A program made the position numbers and the translations under genes. DNA of 64,000 nt from Lama guanicoe (taxonomy: Eukaryota). The first letter of the stretch is position 1; each line of letters begins with the position of its first letter. Below are positions 1 through 12,270 of the stretch, piece by piece. The stretch is taken from the NCBI GenBank assembly GCA_013239625.1, contig MU055600.1, positions 20,535,520-20,599,519 on the forward strand, given 5' to 3'. The notes under the pieces were generated by a model. That model was not told where the DNA came from. It did no database searches and saw nothing but the letters and a program-made list of their open reading frames with translations.

Positions 1-753
1 AATAAATTTATCTTAATGAAATGTTGCTGTTGGCTATTTGATGCATTGAGATTTTTTTTACAGAGGCTTTTGACTGAGGAGTTTGTACAGGGCCCAACGG
101 CTTAAGGGAAGTTTGAAAACAGCCTCAGTGACACAGACTGCAGTTCGGGAGCACCGAGCCCTCCCCCAGCCCCTGACTGCACTGAAGGAATAAGCACTGA
201 GTTAAGCACCGGGCTCCTGATCTGCACAGAGAGAGAACACCACTCTTTCTACCTGCTCTGCATGATTGATACCCGTATCAAACCAAAAAATATGCAGGTG
301 CAAGTCACAGATGTTTCGAGCAGAAGGCACCAGAGAGGTCACCTTTTAAATATGCCAGGTGAATTAAACCCCAGTCTGTGCAGATGCAGCCAGAGGACAA
401 TATGTTTAAAGTTCTTCAGGCAATTCTATTGTGCAACTATGATGGATATTCATCAATCCAGTAACATTTTTATTTGAAAAAAAAAATCTGAGTCCTAGAT
501 GTCTGCCAGCAAACAGCAGAGCACAGCCTAGAACCCAAGCCACTTGGATCTCGGCTCAAGCACCTCCCGCCACCGCACACGGCGCCAGACTCAGCTCCCT
601 TTGTGAGTAACAAACTTACAACACGTATGTACCCAGCACATCAAACATATCTGTGAGATGCAGGCTCTCAAGCTACTATATGAAACTGTATAGCAAAACT
701 CAAATATCAAATGTCTTATCTTCCTGTTGCCTTTTGAAAGTTTCTCCACTTAC

Positions 754-861
754 CTGGGAGACCTCATGAAACAAGAAACCATGGTGTTGGGGGTCCCGGG
801 AAAAGCAGGGGCTCCTCAGAGATGGTGCCAGTTTCCTGGAGCCGGGAGTGGCGCTCAGCTC
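754..861 (-). other. Probable exon of the left-hand minus-strand gene, possibly carrying the start codon (ATG at 782, MVSCFMRSP...)
   Basis: On the minus strand: branch-like ctaaac, acceptor gttgttcctcctgcag|GAG, strong donor CCCAG|gtaagt, and a strong Kozak context CAACACCATGG. An alternative acceptor (cttgctcacttcag|) gives an exon start at 953. Confidence 0.55.
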
Positions 862-1239
862 CTGCAGGAGGAACAACACCACCATGTTTAGCATCGTCTG
901 CTTGGGAAGAGTCTAGAGCCCCAGCTTCCGTAGCCTGAGTTGGCCGATGACACCTGAAGTGAGCAAGTGGAAGACAGTAGGACAGAAGTGCCCCACCCAG
1001 CGATGGTTAGCAGATTCCCCAAATGAAATCTGATTATGTCTGAACACGAGGCAACAAATCTGCAGGACACTCAGCACAGTGCTCAGTGCATCACCATGAG
1101 CACGGCCACCTCAGCTGCTGAGCAGGCAGCAGGTAGTAGGCAAATCCGTGTGGGAAATCCAGCCCCAGTCCCTGAAGGCTGCTGACCTCAGGGGAGCCGC
1201 TGCACCTCTGTGCCTTGGCTTCTTCCAGCTGCACGGCAG

Positions 1240-1595
1240 GGGTGAGAACACTACCCGACAGAACAATAAACGGAGTCCCAGTGCGTGCTCGAGATGGACA
1301 GGCTTTGAAAACATCACACAAGTGAAAGGAGCCAGGTACAAGGCCACATGCTGCGTGACTCCATTTATAGGAAATGCCCAGAATAAGCAAATCTATAGAG
1401 ACCAAAAAATACGTTAGTGCATCAAGGTCTGGAGGGTAGGAGGGGCTCACGAGTAAGATGTTTCCTGGGTGACAAAAATGCTCTAAAATTAGGTTGTGAT
1501 GATGGCTGCACAACCCTGTGAACATACTGAAAAAATTGTACACGTTCAGTTGGTGAAGTATATGATACGTGAATTACATCTCAGTAAAACTATTC
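1240..1595 (+). mobile_element. L1MB-like LINE-1 3' end fragment
   Basis: Diagnostic motifs ctttgaaaacat..aagtgaaaggagccag, ccatttataggaaatgcccagaataagcaaatctatagagac and gatggctgcacaaccctgtgaacatact. Confidence 0.8.
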
Positions 1596-2849
1596 AAACA
1601 ACATGGCCCAAAGAACCTGGCGGGTTGTGGAGACGGAGCAGACGCGTGTCACGTGCTTAGCGCAGGGCCCGGCGCAGGGGACACTCAGTTTAGAAGTTGC
1701 TCTGATGACACACATACCGGAAGAGGTCGGGCAGTACTTAGAATGCATCGTCACGGCCAGAACAGGAAGGTAAAACCCCTTACGTACAAACACTGCTTCA
1801 CTTAAACCTTCCCTAAACACAAGTTCCTAACAGTCAAATGGGCCAACACTTTCGAAGGTAAATTATAAATAGCCCCGGAAAGCCCGGGGTGGGAGGTTGG
1901 GCTGGAATGTTCTGGAACACGGGAAGAAAACCATGGGCTAGACGCCTCTCCCCCCACACCTCCTTCCAGGGAAAGCCGAAGACATGAAGCAGGGCTTCCC
2001 CGTGTGCCCAGGGGTCCTCTCTAGTAAAGCCAGCGTTTTCCAAAACCACGGGTTTCTGAATTCGTCTCAGGACTTCAGACTTCCTTCTCACTAGAAAGGG
2101 GAGGTGGGGGGATAAATTACACGGATTTAAGAAAAGACAGTCAGGAGAATCAGGTAATTCCCTTTGTGGGGGAAAATAATCAAGATTTTTAAAACGACCA
2201 ACAGTTCTTTCTGGGGGTTATTAAGAAAGCCACGCCTCTTGACTGTGATCGCCCCTAATTAGCCATCAGCAACTCACGGAATTACTCATGGCATTGAAGA
2301 CCCTTAAATTCTTGGCTCTCAGCCCAAACTTGCACTGAGATCTGCTAGGAAGAAGGCCAACCAGAGCGAACTGGACCTGTTCGCGCCCTCTGAACCGGAG
2401 GCACGGCCTTGCTCTTGGCTGAGGAGCAGACACGCACAAAGACGGGATTGAACTTGGGAGTCAGAGGAAGTCTTTGCCAAGCTCCCGACAAAGATCAGCT
2501 AATCAGTAATTACGTCCTCAGCACGTGCGGGGCTCCGGCCTCTTCCAGGTGCTGCGGGATTCCAGAGGTGAGGCAGTGCAAGGTCTCGCTTTACAGTCCA
2601 GCTTGCACGGGTGAGGATGAGGGACATGGAATTATGTGGGGAAAGCTGGTGTTTTCCAGTGCAACATAGGGTCATCAGTGCTATCCAGAGACCCGAAGGG
2701 AAAACCAGGCCAGTGCAGGGGTAAGAAAATGACTAGAGGGGGCTGGTCAGGAATCAGCAAGGAAGACGGGGCTTCAAATCAGCCCTCAGCCTGTGTGGGT
2801 CACAAAAGAACAATCCAGAGTGGCTGGTAGGGCTGTACATGCTGTAATC

Positions 2850-3300
2850 AGAAACACCTGCGTCTGAGACCAACATCGCATTTACTAACCAGGTGACCTT
2901 CGGCAACCAACCCTTTCAGCTTTCAATTTCCTCATCTGTGAAATGGGTGCACTGTTTGTAACTACTTCATAGACTTGTTGTGAGTACTAAGTATTTATTG
3001 AGACTCTGTGACCTAGGTGCTACATACACGCACACACACCAGGCATGGGCCCTGCCCTCGAGGACATCACAATCCAGGTGCAAGAGGGCTATGCACTTTA
3101 AAGAAACTGAAACATAAGTAAGTGTAAAAGTAAGAGGTGTGGCAGAAAGTGCAAAGTGCCTCGGGAAGTACACCGGGCAATGGTCAGAGAAGACCCTTCT
3201 GAGGAAGCCCTCTGTGCCGGGCCCTGAGGGATGAGCAGGGGTCAGCCAGGTGAAGGGGGAGGGGCACCCCAGGGAGAGGGACTCGCAGCGGCAAAGGCGT
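2850..3300 (+). mobile_element. MIR fragment followed by an L2 fragment
   Basis: MIR core tttcctcatctgtgaaatggg; L2-like gtatttattgag and ggtcagagaagacccttctgaggaag. Confidence 0.6.
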
Positions 3301-3492
3301 GTGAGGCGCTGGGAGGAAGAGGAAGCAGCGTGGCGAGGACACAGAGTCACAGGAGACGAGGGAAGAGCTGACCCCCGGCTGAGGAGAAATCCCCCAGAAT
3401 CCGGTAAATGCATGGCTAAGGGGACGAGGGACAGGGCGTCACAGGTGACTCCCACCAAACTTCTGGTGAACGGAGGTGGCCAGAGGTGCTAG

Positions 3493-3928
3493 CAGGGCCG
3501 TTTTCAGGTTCGGTAAGGAAAGGAAGGACAAGGTGGAGGGAAGAGGCCGGGACATGAAGCTGTGGTTCCCAAATCCAACAGGAAGTCAACCAGGAAAACC
3601 ATCTTAAATTATCAAAATTGTTTGCAAATAGATTTACAGCCATGGCTGATAACCATGAACCTCGTCTCTCCGTGTGTTTATTTTGCCTTCAGACAGTTGC
3701 TGATGACAGAATGAAGCCATCACAATTTCACATGGCATTTCACAATATGGCTCCTTTCATCTTTATGGCGCCCTTTTAAAATTTGTATCTTGCATGTATG
3801 TTTAATGTGGTCACATAATACATTGATAGGTTAAAAAAATAACCAAATATGGGTTAGCGTTGTACGCTCAAACATTTTTTTTTTAACTCATGGAGAGTGC
3901 AATCAAAAAAAAAATTGTGGCGGCCACT
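3493..3928 (+). mobile_element. hAT-Charlie DNA transposon relic
   Basis: About 3648-3725 translates DNHEPRLSVCLFCLQTVADDRMKPSQ, resembling the Charlie transposase N-terminal CxxC...MKPS motif; Charlie-like end aaaaaattgtggcggccact. Confidence 0.6.
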
Positions 3929-4061
3929 ACTCTTGAATGTTTTTTGCACAACTTCTTGTCAGATTGGACTGGTCACTTTTCCTCAGGAGATGGTTACGAG
4001 CTTGTTCGGCAGAGCGGAGAGAGCGCGGCCGTTTCCTGACGTCCACGTGGGCTTCCGTGGT

Positions 4062-4538
4062 TGTAACAGGGAAGGGCAGATCTGACTCCCCATCGGATCT
4101 GTTTCTTTCACTTTAACCTTTGTGTTCTATTGCTACGTTAATCACCAAAGGAATGTCACCTACAGCTTAAGGTACACATGGTGGCCCATCTCTGGGATCC
4201 CTGCCTCCCATGCCTGAGCGTTCAGCTGAGCTGCACCCTGACCGGGCCCACCGGTAAATAACTGCGGGGAAGAAATGAACACATCCTTCCTTGAGTCTGA
4301 CGCAACCCTGGCATGTCTGCAACAACTTGCCACGTTTTCCACTTTCCCTCCTCATCTTCCCTCTTTGTTCTATAAAAGGAGCTAGCATCCCAACCCAGGC
4401 AAGATGGTGCTTTGGGACATTAGTCCACCGTCTCCTTGGTCTGCTGGCTTTCTGAATAAAGTCGCTATTCCTTGCCCCAACAACTCATCTTTCAATGTAT
4501 TGGTCTGTCGTGCCGGTATGAGCTTGGACTTGGTAACA
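4062..4538 (+). mobile_element. Solo ERV LTR (ERV1/MER41-like)
   Basis: TGTAAC...GTAACA termini, TATAAAA at 4371, AATAAA at 4455, and typical R/U5 text (ggctttctgaataaagtcgctattccttgcccca). Confidence 0.8.
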
Positions 4539-4564
4539 CCATTAGCACTGCGTTAAGTCAACTC

Positions 4565-4690
4565 TGCTTTTCAAACTCTGGGTCATGACCCATTCGTCTG
4601 TCATGAAATCAATTTTGTGAGTCACGACCTGCACTTTTAAAAAATGAAACAGAAGAGAATGAAAGAGAAGAGAAAATACCAGCGTGGCTC
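4565..4690. mobile_element. Short hAT-type DNA transposon relic (MER103-like)
   Basis: ttttcaaactctgggtcatgacccatt...gaaatcaatttt..gagtcacgacc. Confidence 0.45.
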
Positions 4691-6084
4691 ACGGTCAGAA
4701 GAGCTTAAGGGCCCCGGCTCTGGAGGCCCAGAGGCACTGCGGGAGTCTCACTGTGACGGGGAGATGAAATTGTGAGGACGAAGCAAAGACATGCTGTCCA
4801 AGCCCAGGAGGTGCCAGGGGAATGCTGACGAGATGGGCAAGCAGGAGCCCTTGTAGGTTCTGGAGCAGGAGGGACCTGAGGAAAGTGAGGTTTCCCGAAA
4901 ACCCGTGCGGCAACAGTGCCTGCGGGCTGAGTACACACGCATCTGTGGAGCCAGCCGCCTTTGGGGTCTGCGCCTGTTGATTTATAACCTTTCCTGACAG
5001 TGAACCAAAAATGGGACAATCTAGTTTCTGTTAGAACACGTGCTCCCTGGCAGATGGAGGCCACACCGTCTCTCCTTTCCACAAAGACCCTGCAGGAAGG
5101 TGGGACAAATCGCCAGCTCTGGTTCAGGCCAAAGTTGCGGTCCCCACACACCAGGGGGAGGGGGCGCGGCAGGAGGTTCCAAGGCTCCGATGGCGATGGC
5201 GGGGATGGAGCGAGCCACAGCAGATCTAACCCCGGAAGGTGCCACCGTGCCGCTGCGCTGCCTGCCCCTTGCCCACATGCCCACCTCTGAGCATCTCTCC
5301 TGCCCCTTCTCCTCACGGCCTGACCAGACTTCTAGAGGACCCTCACCTGACTTCAGTGCAACCCAAAGAGAGGGATCTGCTCAGCCTCTCATGTCTGGGC
5401 TCAGAAACCCGACCTCGCGGCCACATCCTAACCGCAGGCGCCAGCTCCACCTCCCACCCACCCTCCCTCCCTCCCACACCCCAGCTTCTCCTCTAGAACT
5501 CCCACAATGTAAAGCAACCACTCAGACAAACAAAAGCCCCAGTCCCTGGGGAGAGGAAGTGACTCACCAGCCCAGAATGAGGAGCAGGGATTTCAGAAAG
5601 AGGCAGTTCAGACCCCAAACCAGCACCCAGTAGCACGTGGGGAGGGCAAGCCCCAGAACCCGCACGTTCCTCTGTGCAAGCCACCCCGAGGGTCCTGGCA
5701 GGCGGAAGCCTCCGCCCTGGGCTTCTGTCCTGCCGCCACCACCCCACACCCCATCACGTCTTCTTACAGAACCCTGGCCCGCTGTTTTCAGCACCGCCTA
5801 CCTGTGGACCAAAGTACCAGGATGTGGGCTCCTGACATCAGTGTGTTCAACCCACCTGTGTCTTCCATGATCGGGAAAGTGGAAGAAAAGTCAAGACAGT
5901 CAGGAACTGACTCGTACTATGCATCTGATGTGAGACCCGAGTCCTGTTATTTCATCCTCAGAGCAAAACTGAGGCCACGTGGCAGGTAGAGGGTAGGTCT
6001 TGGACGTGAACACAGACCACCTCTTCACTTTATTAGACTCGTTACCTCCCACCTATTAGAGAGCCATGCATAGCTAGACACTCA

Positions 6085-6332
6085 NNNNNNNNNNNNNNNN
6101 NNNNNNNNNNNNNNNNNNNNNNNNNNNNNNNNNNNNNNNNNNNNNNNNNNNNNNNNNNNNNNNNNNNNNNNNNNNNNNNNNNNNNNNNNNNNNNNNNNNN
6201 NNNNNNNNNNNNNNNNNNNNNNNNNNNNNNNNNNNNNNNNNNNNNNNNNNNNNNNNNNNNNNNNNNNNNNNNNNNNNNNNNNNNNNNNNNNNNNNNNNNN
6301 NNNNNNNNNNNNNNNNNNNNNNNNNNNNNNNN
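6085..6332. other. Assembly gap
   Basis: Run of N. Confidence 1.
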
Positions 6333-6459
6333 GGCTGGGTGTATCTCACATATTTGCTAGGAGATGAAACATTCAGGACTTGACTTGACTGCACCATGAA
6401 CATCACCTGGGGCAAAGTGAGCCAAGATGAGTGATTTAACAACCTATTATTTCAGACGA

Positions 6460-6680
6460 TAATAACAATGGGGCTGAGGATGCCAGCGAACACGCACTGA
6501 GCGGTTACCTCATGTGTCGGAGGGTGTTCTCAGTACTCGGTATTAACTCCTTCTGTCCTCACAACAGCCCGGGAAGGAGGTACCACTGAGAAATGGAGGA
6601 GCGTCGCCCAGCTGGTACGGGTGGGAGGGTCAGGATTCAAGCCCAGGCAGAGCTTATGCCCTTGACCATTGTCTGACACT
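6460..6680 (-). mobile_element. MIR
   Basis: actgagcggttacc..., cctcacaacagccc...ggaggta and caggattcaagcccaggcag. Confidence 0.6.
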
Positions 6681-8299
6681 GCCTTCCACCACCCACACAC
6701 AGGGCTAGCCCGAAGGGTCACACAGAAGCTGCGTCCGCTGCGGGTCCACGTCTTTTCCCAGCTGTCACCTTGAGTACTAGTTTGGAAATGAAGGAACATT
6801 GTAGGCCTCAAGGGATATGTTAAAAGGATTCCTCAAGTCACAGACAGCAGCGTGGTCCCGCGGCCCCTGCAGAGCTGGGCCCGGTCCCCCCGAGGTCCTT
6901 GGGTAAGGCTTACGTGGGGCAATCAGGTTACCGGCTAATGAGCTTTCAATACCTGGTGGGTTAGCCTTCATGCAAGGCACACATATGACAAGGCGGGGGG
7001 GGGGTCCTGTCCCTTAAGGAGCTCGCACTCTCACCGAGGCAGACCAATGAACACACAAATACATACATGGATATCTCTTTCACGATGGGACACTACCTCA
7101 GGCTGGGTGCCCCACGGCAGGCACAGGCGAAAAGAACGCCAGCATTCCAAGAAGCAAACAGCACAGCGCACTTTTCTGGTTCACACTTGATTATCCTCTT
7201 GAGAGTCTTTGAAGGGTCGTCATTAACCATCCAGTGGGCAAATCTGCCCGCCAGCAAAGGGAGGGACAGGACGGCGTCAAAAGCTTAAAAGAGAGGGATC
7301 ATCATCTCTCTTAGCAGGCACCAGGCACGCTCTGTTATGGGGGTCCCCGCCGGATGGCGAGCTCACCAAGGCCAGGGATGTGTCTCTTCGCCTTTGCATC
7401 TTTCCTCACCTTGCCCGGTACAGAGCGGCCATGCGGTAAAAGTCTGACGGAGGAGCGGAAGGATGAATGAGGCACGAGTTTCCAACGGACTTTTTCCTTT
7501 GGACTTCACTCTTTTTCTGCTTCTTAGGAAGCAGGACCAGGTCCGATTTCTATGCATTCTTGCTGGGGCTCAGCGAACAGCCAGGGCAATCGGAAGGCAC
7601 CAGCCCACTGCGGGCGTGTGCCGCCGCCGCCTCCGCGGAGGGTCCGACCCGCCCCAGCCCTCCGCTGGCTGGCATCACTCACCACAGCCCTTTCAGGAAA
7701 TCCTGCCCCAGGCAGCAGGGTATTCAGGAAAGCTGACCCTGCAGCCCCAGGGCCAGCCACGTTTCCAGCCTCTCCCCGCTGGGCCAAGGCCAGACAGAGG
7801 GACGTTCCCCTGACACTCCCTCTGCTCTCGGTCTTTCCTCCCACCCCTTGCGAGGCCATCCTTTTCCCTCCGTCACATTCAAACTGAGCCACAGAGCTCA
7901 TTTCTTCCCGTTGAACTTCCATTCTGCAAACCGGCCGGCTGGCCCAGAGCACCCTGAAAACCCACAGCATCTGGATTCGGAAAAAATGTTGAGAAGATCT
8001 TAAAACTCCCTGGATACTTTAAAGCAAACACATTACAGCAGGTTTTGCTAACTCATTAAAGAAAACAGCTTACTTCTCTTTACTTCCCTGGAGAAACTAG
8101 GTAATCAGCACAGATTGGTCAAGGGTTTTCAATGCAAACTACATCATTTTCATGGTCATCAACACTGATGTGTGTATTTGTTTTCAGTCCTAACAAACGT
8201 TTCCCAGGTAACTAAGGAAAACAGTCAAGGGTAGAAATATCAGGCAGGCAAGATACTGTACATAAATGAGCCACTTGCTCCTGCTTCTCTGCAGAGCTG

Positions 8300-8450
8300 C
8301 TTTTCCAATTTCAGGTGACCTGACACCCTAGATCAAAGGGGGGCGCGCACTTGCAGTAAGAGCATTTTCTCGTCTCTGAATGTGACTGACTTAGTCACTT
8401 GATTTACAGCATTTGATAAAGCAGGTTGAAGTTCTTTACTTCCGTGTGAG
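8300..8450. promoter_or_regulatory. Putative intronic enhancer (TCF/LEF, AP-1-like and ETS motifs)
   Basis: AGATCAAAGG at 8330-8339, TTAGTCA near 8391 and ACTTCCG near 8438, in non-repeat sequence. Confidence 0.3.
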
Positions 8451-9339
8451 TCTCATATGCCGAATTCCAGCCTTGTCATTGCCACAGTGTATCATCCTGA
8501 CCTGTGCCTGCCTTTTCTCCCCATAACATGACACTACAGAAGAGCAAAGCTGTTTCTCAAGGACTTATTTTTTGTATTCCTGGTGCCTAGAACAGCACCT
8601 GGGGCACAGGAGATGTTCCATGATGACAGAAAGCACTTATGTTCCTCTCACTGGAGAGCCTTCGCTTTGAGCATGGTTATGTTACTTCTTCAATGTGCTG
8701 ATGCCCCGTCCAGGATCTGAAAAGAGACTTTCTCGCTTTGCAGTGGCTGCCAATTGGAATCAACACCACCGACGGCATACCCTGCCCTACTCCTAAAGCC
8801 TCGGACACACACGTGAACAGCTGTGATAGGATGCAGGTCACCCCACCTAGGAATCAAAGACACCCAGACACAGCCTCCAGCCTTCCTCCCCACTCAGACT
8901 CGACCTCTCCCCAGCGTCGTCTGCCAAGAGCGGTCTGTGATCGCTGGGCTGCACGCATCAAAGGAGACAACCCCGGATGCCACAGCCCAAGCTCGGCACG
9001 GGAAGCACAGACTTCTCTGACGTGCCTCCCAGGTCTTCTCCAGGACGATGGCGCATCTCCTTCCGAAAACCAGTGCATTCCCCAGCCGCCTTCGGTCGAT
9101 GGCAGGTGGCCGTGGGACTAACGGCAGCTTCGGCTCCGGCTGAGCTGCCGTCCTGGTCCTTCTTCCCTTCCTTTTGACACAAGGCTCAGGTCCCAGCGTC
9201 TACGAATGGCCTCTTGGCACTCTGGCCAGCACCTGTGTCCATCTGTGCGCACACACGCACACATGTATACACGCACACACTGGGGGAGGGGGCGCCACGT
9301 GCACAAAGAGAACAAACCCATAGACAGAAACTACATTCA

Positions 9340-10740
9340 TCCTCGAAACAGGGCTGGGCGAGATCTCAGGGCCGGGCGGAACACGGCTGCTCACTGTGAT
9401 ATTCGTTTAGAGAAAGTCGCTATCATGCCGTACACGTTTACTGAGAAAAAGCTGAAAACTGGGAAAACATACACAGGAAAACTGCAGCGAGGCGTGGCCT
9501 CACAGTCCAGGTGGGCCACTGTGAAAGGCTCTGGTTTCTTCCTTCCAGTCTTCTCTCTGTGCTCAACGCTCACGGATGTCATGTGCATATTTCACACACA
9601 CAAAGTCACATGCAGTTTTGCTTTCTATTTTTCACTTTAAATCAAGCACCTCAGTAATATTCGGAAACATGTTAATCGCTCTGTAATAGTTCACCCTGTG
9701 GAAGCTGGATAACACACCTAAGGAACTCCCTTGTTCAGAATCGTGAGGAATATCTTTGCATAAACTTCTTTATCTGTTTCTCTGCTTAGTTCCTCATGGT
9801 AGGTTCCTAAAACCACAATCACTAAGCCGAAAAGTATGGCTATTCCAGGTCCTTCCTACATATGGGTTGTTTTCAACAAGAGTATATCCACTTAAAATCC
9901 CACTGCAGGGGGCGAAGTGCACACACTTGCCAACAGCGTTAGCATTACAGTCTTTTAAAATCTGACACATAATTAGTCAGGGTGGGCCAGCCGCCGCAGC
10001 ACACCAGCCCGGGATTTCAGCGGCTTAACTTGCTTCTTGCTCACTTCATCGTCTGACGTGGGTTGGAAGGGGCATTCGGCTCCACACAGCCACGCGGGGA
10101 CCCGGGGGCCCAGTCTCTGCATCTAGCGGCCCCTCCAGTGTCTACGGTCTTGGAACCCTTGTCTGTTTTTTCCCACTTTCCACCCAGTGAACAAACAGGG
10201 GAAATGAGAGAGCATGGGGGACCGAGCTAAAGGCTCTACAGAGGTCACTTAAACCACTTCCACTCATACGGCACTACCCAGCGTCCTCACGCGGCCACAC
10301 CCTAGTGCAGGGCAGTGTGGAAAATGTGGTCTGTCTACGCCCAGGAGGAGGCCTTTGGGTGGACGACTTTGCCTGGTACAGGGTAGGCATTCAGTGCATT
10401 AGTCATAACAGGCAAAGAGGCAAATCATTTTAACATGTATTCCTTTGATTATTAGTAAAGTTGGAACAGATTTTCGGTTTGACTGGCCATGTGTAACATC
10501 TCTTTCGTGAATTTTTCCCTCTTTTGCCAATTCTTCTGCAGAGCCCACGTTTTCAGCTGACTTTCAAGAAGCTCTTTCTATATTAAGGCTAGTAACCCTT
10601 ATTTTGTCAAGTTCTTTCAGTTTGATTTTTGTCTTTTAATCCTGCTCATCACTTTTATGCAAATACGTTTTTATTTTATGTCTTTAAAATCTATACATTA
10701 CTTCCTGTGTAACTTTCCTGCTTGACATCTTGTCACAAAA
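9340..10740. mobile_element. L1ME fragments with a nested MaLR (MLT1-like) LTR at about 9975-10350
   Basis: L1ME-like text (aaacttctttatctgtttc..., tttctatattaaggctagtaaccctt); MLT-like gatttcagcggcttaac..ttcttgctcac and ccacacctagtgcaggg..gtggaaaatgtggtct. Confidence 0.55.
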
Positions 10741-10769
10741 TCCCACAGCATGAGAAAACTGGGAAAGCC

Positions 10770-11070
10770 TAACCCACCTCTTCACTTCCATGATTTTATA
10801 ACCGTGATTCACAGATGAACAGGCTGATGCTCAGTGAAATAAGACGACTGGCGCAGAGCGTCACAGCCAATCAGAGGCAAAGCTAGGGCCAAAGGCTTTA
10901 AATTTGTATCAAGTGTCTGATACATGACTAGACGTGCCAGACACTTTTCCAGCATTACGAGGTAGGTGCGACAGATACGCCCATCTTACAGAGAAGGAAA
11001 CTGAGGCTGCGAGCAGTGCAGCACTGTGCCTGAGGTCACCAGAAGCAACATGCCTCCCGTAAGAGGCAGC
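10770..11070 (-). mobile_element. Two MIR fragments
   Basis: ttcacagatgaacaggctgatgctcag and cccatcttacagagaaggaaactgaggc. Confidence 0.65.
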
Positions 11071-11489
11071 GGCACGGTGGAGCCCTTGCCCACCTGCTGT
11101 GGGGCCGTGGCTCCTCTCCGCACCCCATCAGACACACCTTTCCAAGTAAGATGCTTGAGTTCACCTTTACCTGGCGCCCAGCACGCAAGCTGCAGGCGGG
11201 CCCAGACGGCGAGATGCTGTGCGGGGGGTTGAGCTCTGCCCCATTCACTCCACACCGGCCTTGGCCTTGAGCCCGGGGTGTTACCTCCGTGCCCCCACGC
11301 ACTTGCCCCTCCAGGATGCAGCCCGGCTCCGTGTGGCTCGGCCGTAAATCAGCCGGCCTCGCGCTCTGCCCTCGGTGCTTCTGAACCTCGGAGGAAAGGA
11401 TCTGCCTTTTCCGGCTCGGCTCCTGGGGTTTCTGCACTGACATTTGAGTTATGTCATTATTTTTCTAAGCGATAGAAATCTAGTCAACG

Positions 11490-12270
11490 ATTTGCAGCGG
11501 TCACCGCTGTGCGGCGGAGGCCGGGAGGCCCCGCACGCTCTCACCGGGGAGGCCGAAGCCCGGCCGCCGAGCCCGGCTCCCCGGCTCGGCTCTGGGAGGG
11601 CCGGGGCCGCGGCTGGCAGCCTAGGCAGCGCGAGGCGGACAGCCACCTCGTGGACCGGGGGTGCTTCCAAGGAGACCGAGAGAGGCAAGTCACTGGCGCC
11701 AAAGGCCGCCCAGAGGCCAAGGGGGACGATGAAAGGCACCTGGGTTTAGCAAGAGCAAGACGTTACCGCGGCCTTCCCCTGGAGCTCCGTGGCCAGCGGC
11801 GCCCGAGCTGCCCGCCTCCCGTGCGCCCTGGCTGCCCCGCCGGCTCTCCCCGTGACCGGACCAGGCCCGAGGAAGCGCGCCCTTCACCGGCCGCGCCGAT
11901 GGCCCGCGCTCGGACCCTCCGCTGCTCGCCCCGCGCTGAGGCCTCCGGGGCCCCGCTCCTCGCCACCCACCCCGGCCTGCCCTGCCGGGGTCCTCCGGCC
12001 GCTGGGCCCCCCGAGACGAGGGGCGGGAGCGCTGGTCACCAGCGGCGGCGGCGTCACCGTCCTCCCAGCGCGGAAGCGCAAAGGGCACCTGGGCCGCGGC
12101 GCTCCCGCCAGCCCCGGGCGGCTCCTGCCTCCCCTCCGCCCTTCGTCTGTACCCTCTCCTAGACAGCCACGAATCACATGGACGGATTTCTGGGTTCTCT
12201 GTTCTGCTCCGCGGATCTACGCGCCTGTCCCTCGCCAGCACCACGCGGCCTCGGGCACAGCGGCTCTACG
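11490..12270. promoter_or_regulatory. Intronic CpG island derived from MIR/L1 sequence
   Basis: Very GC- and CpG-dense; the right part still matches antisense L1 ORF2 text (see findings). Confidence 0.65.
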
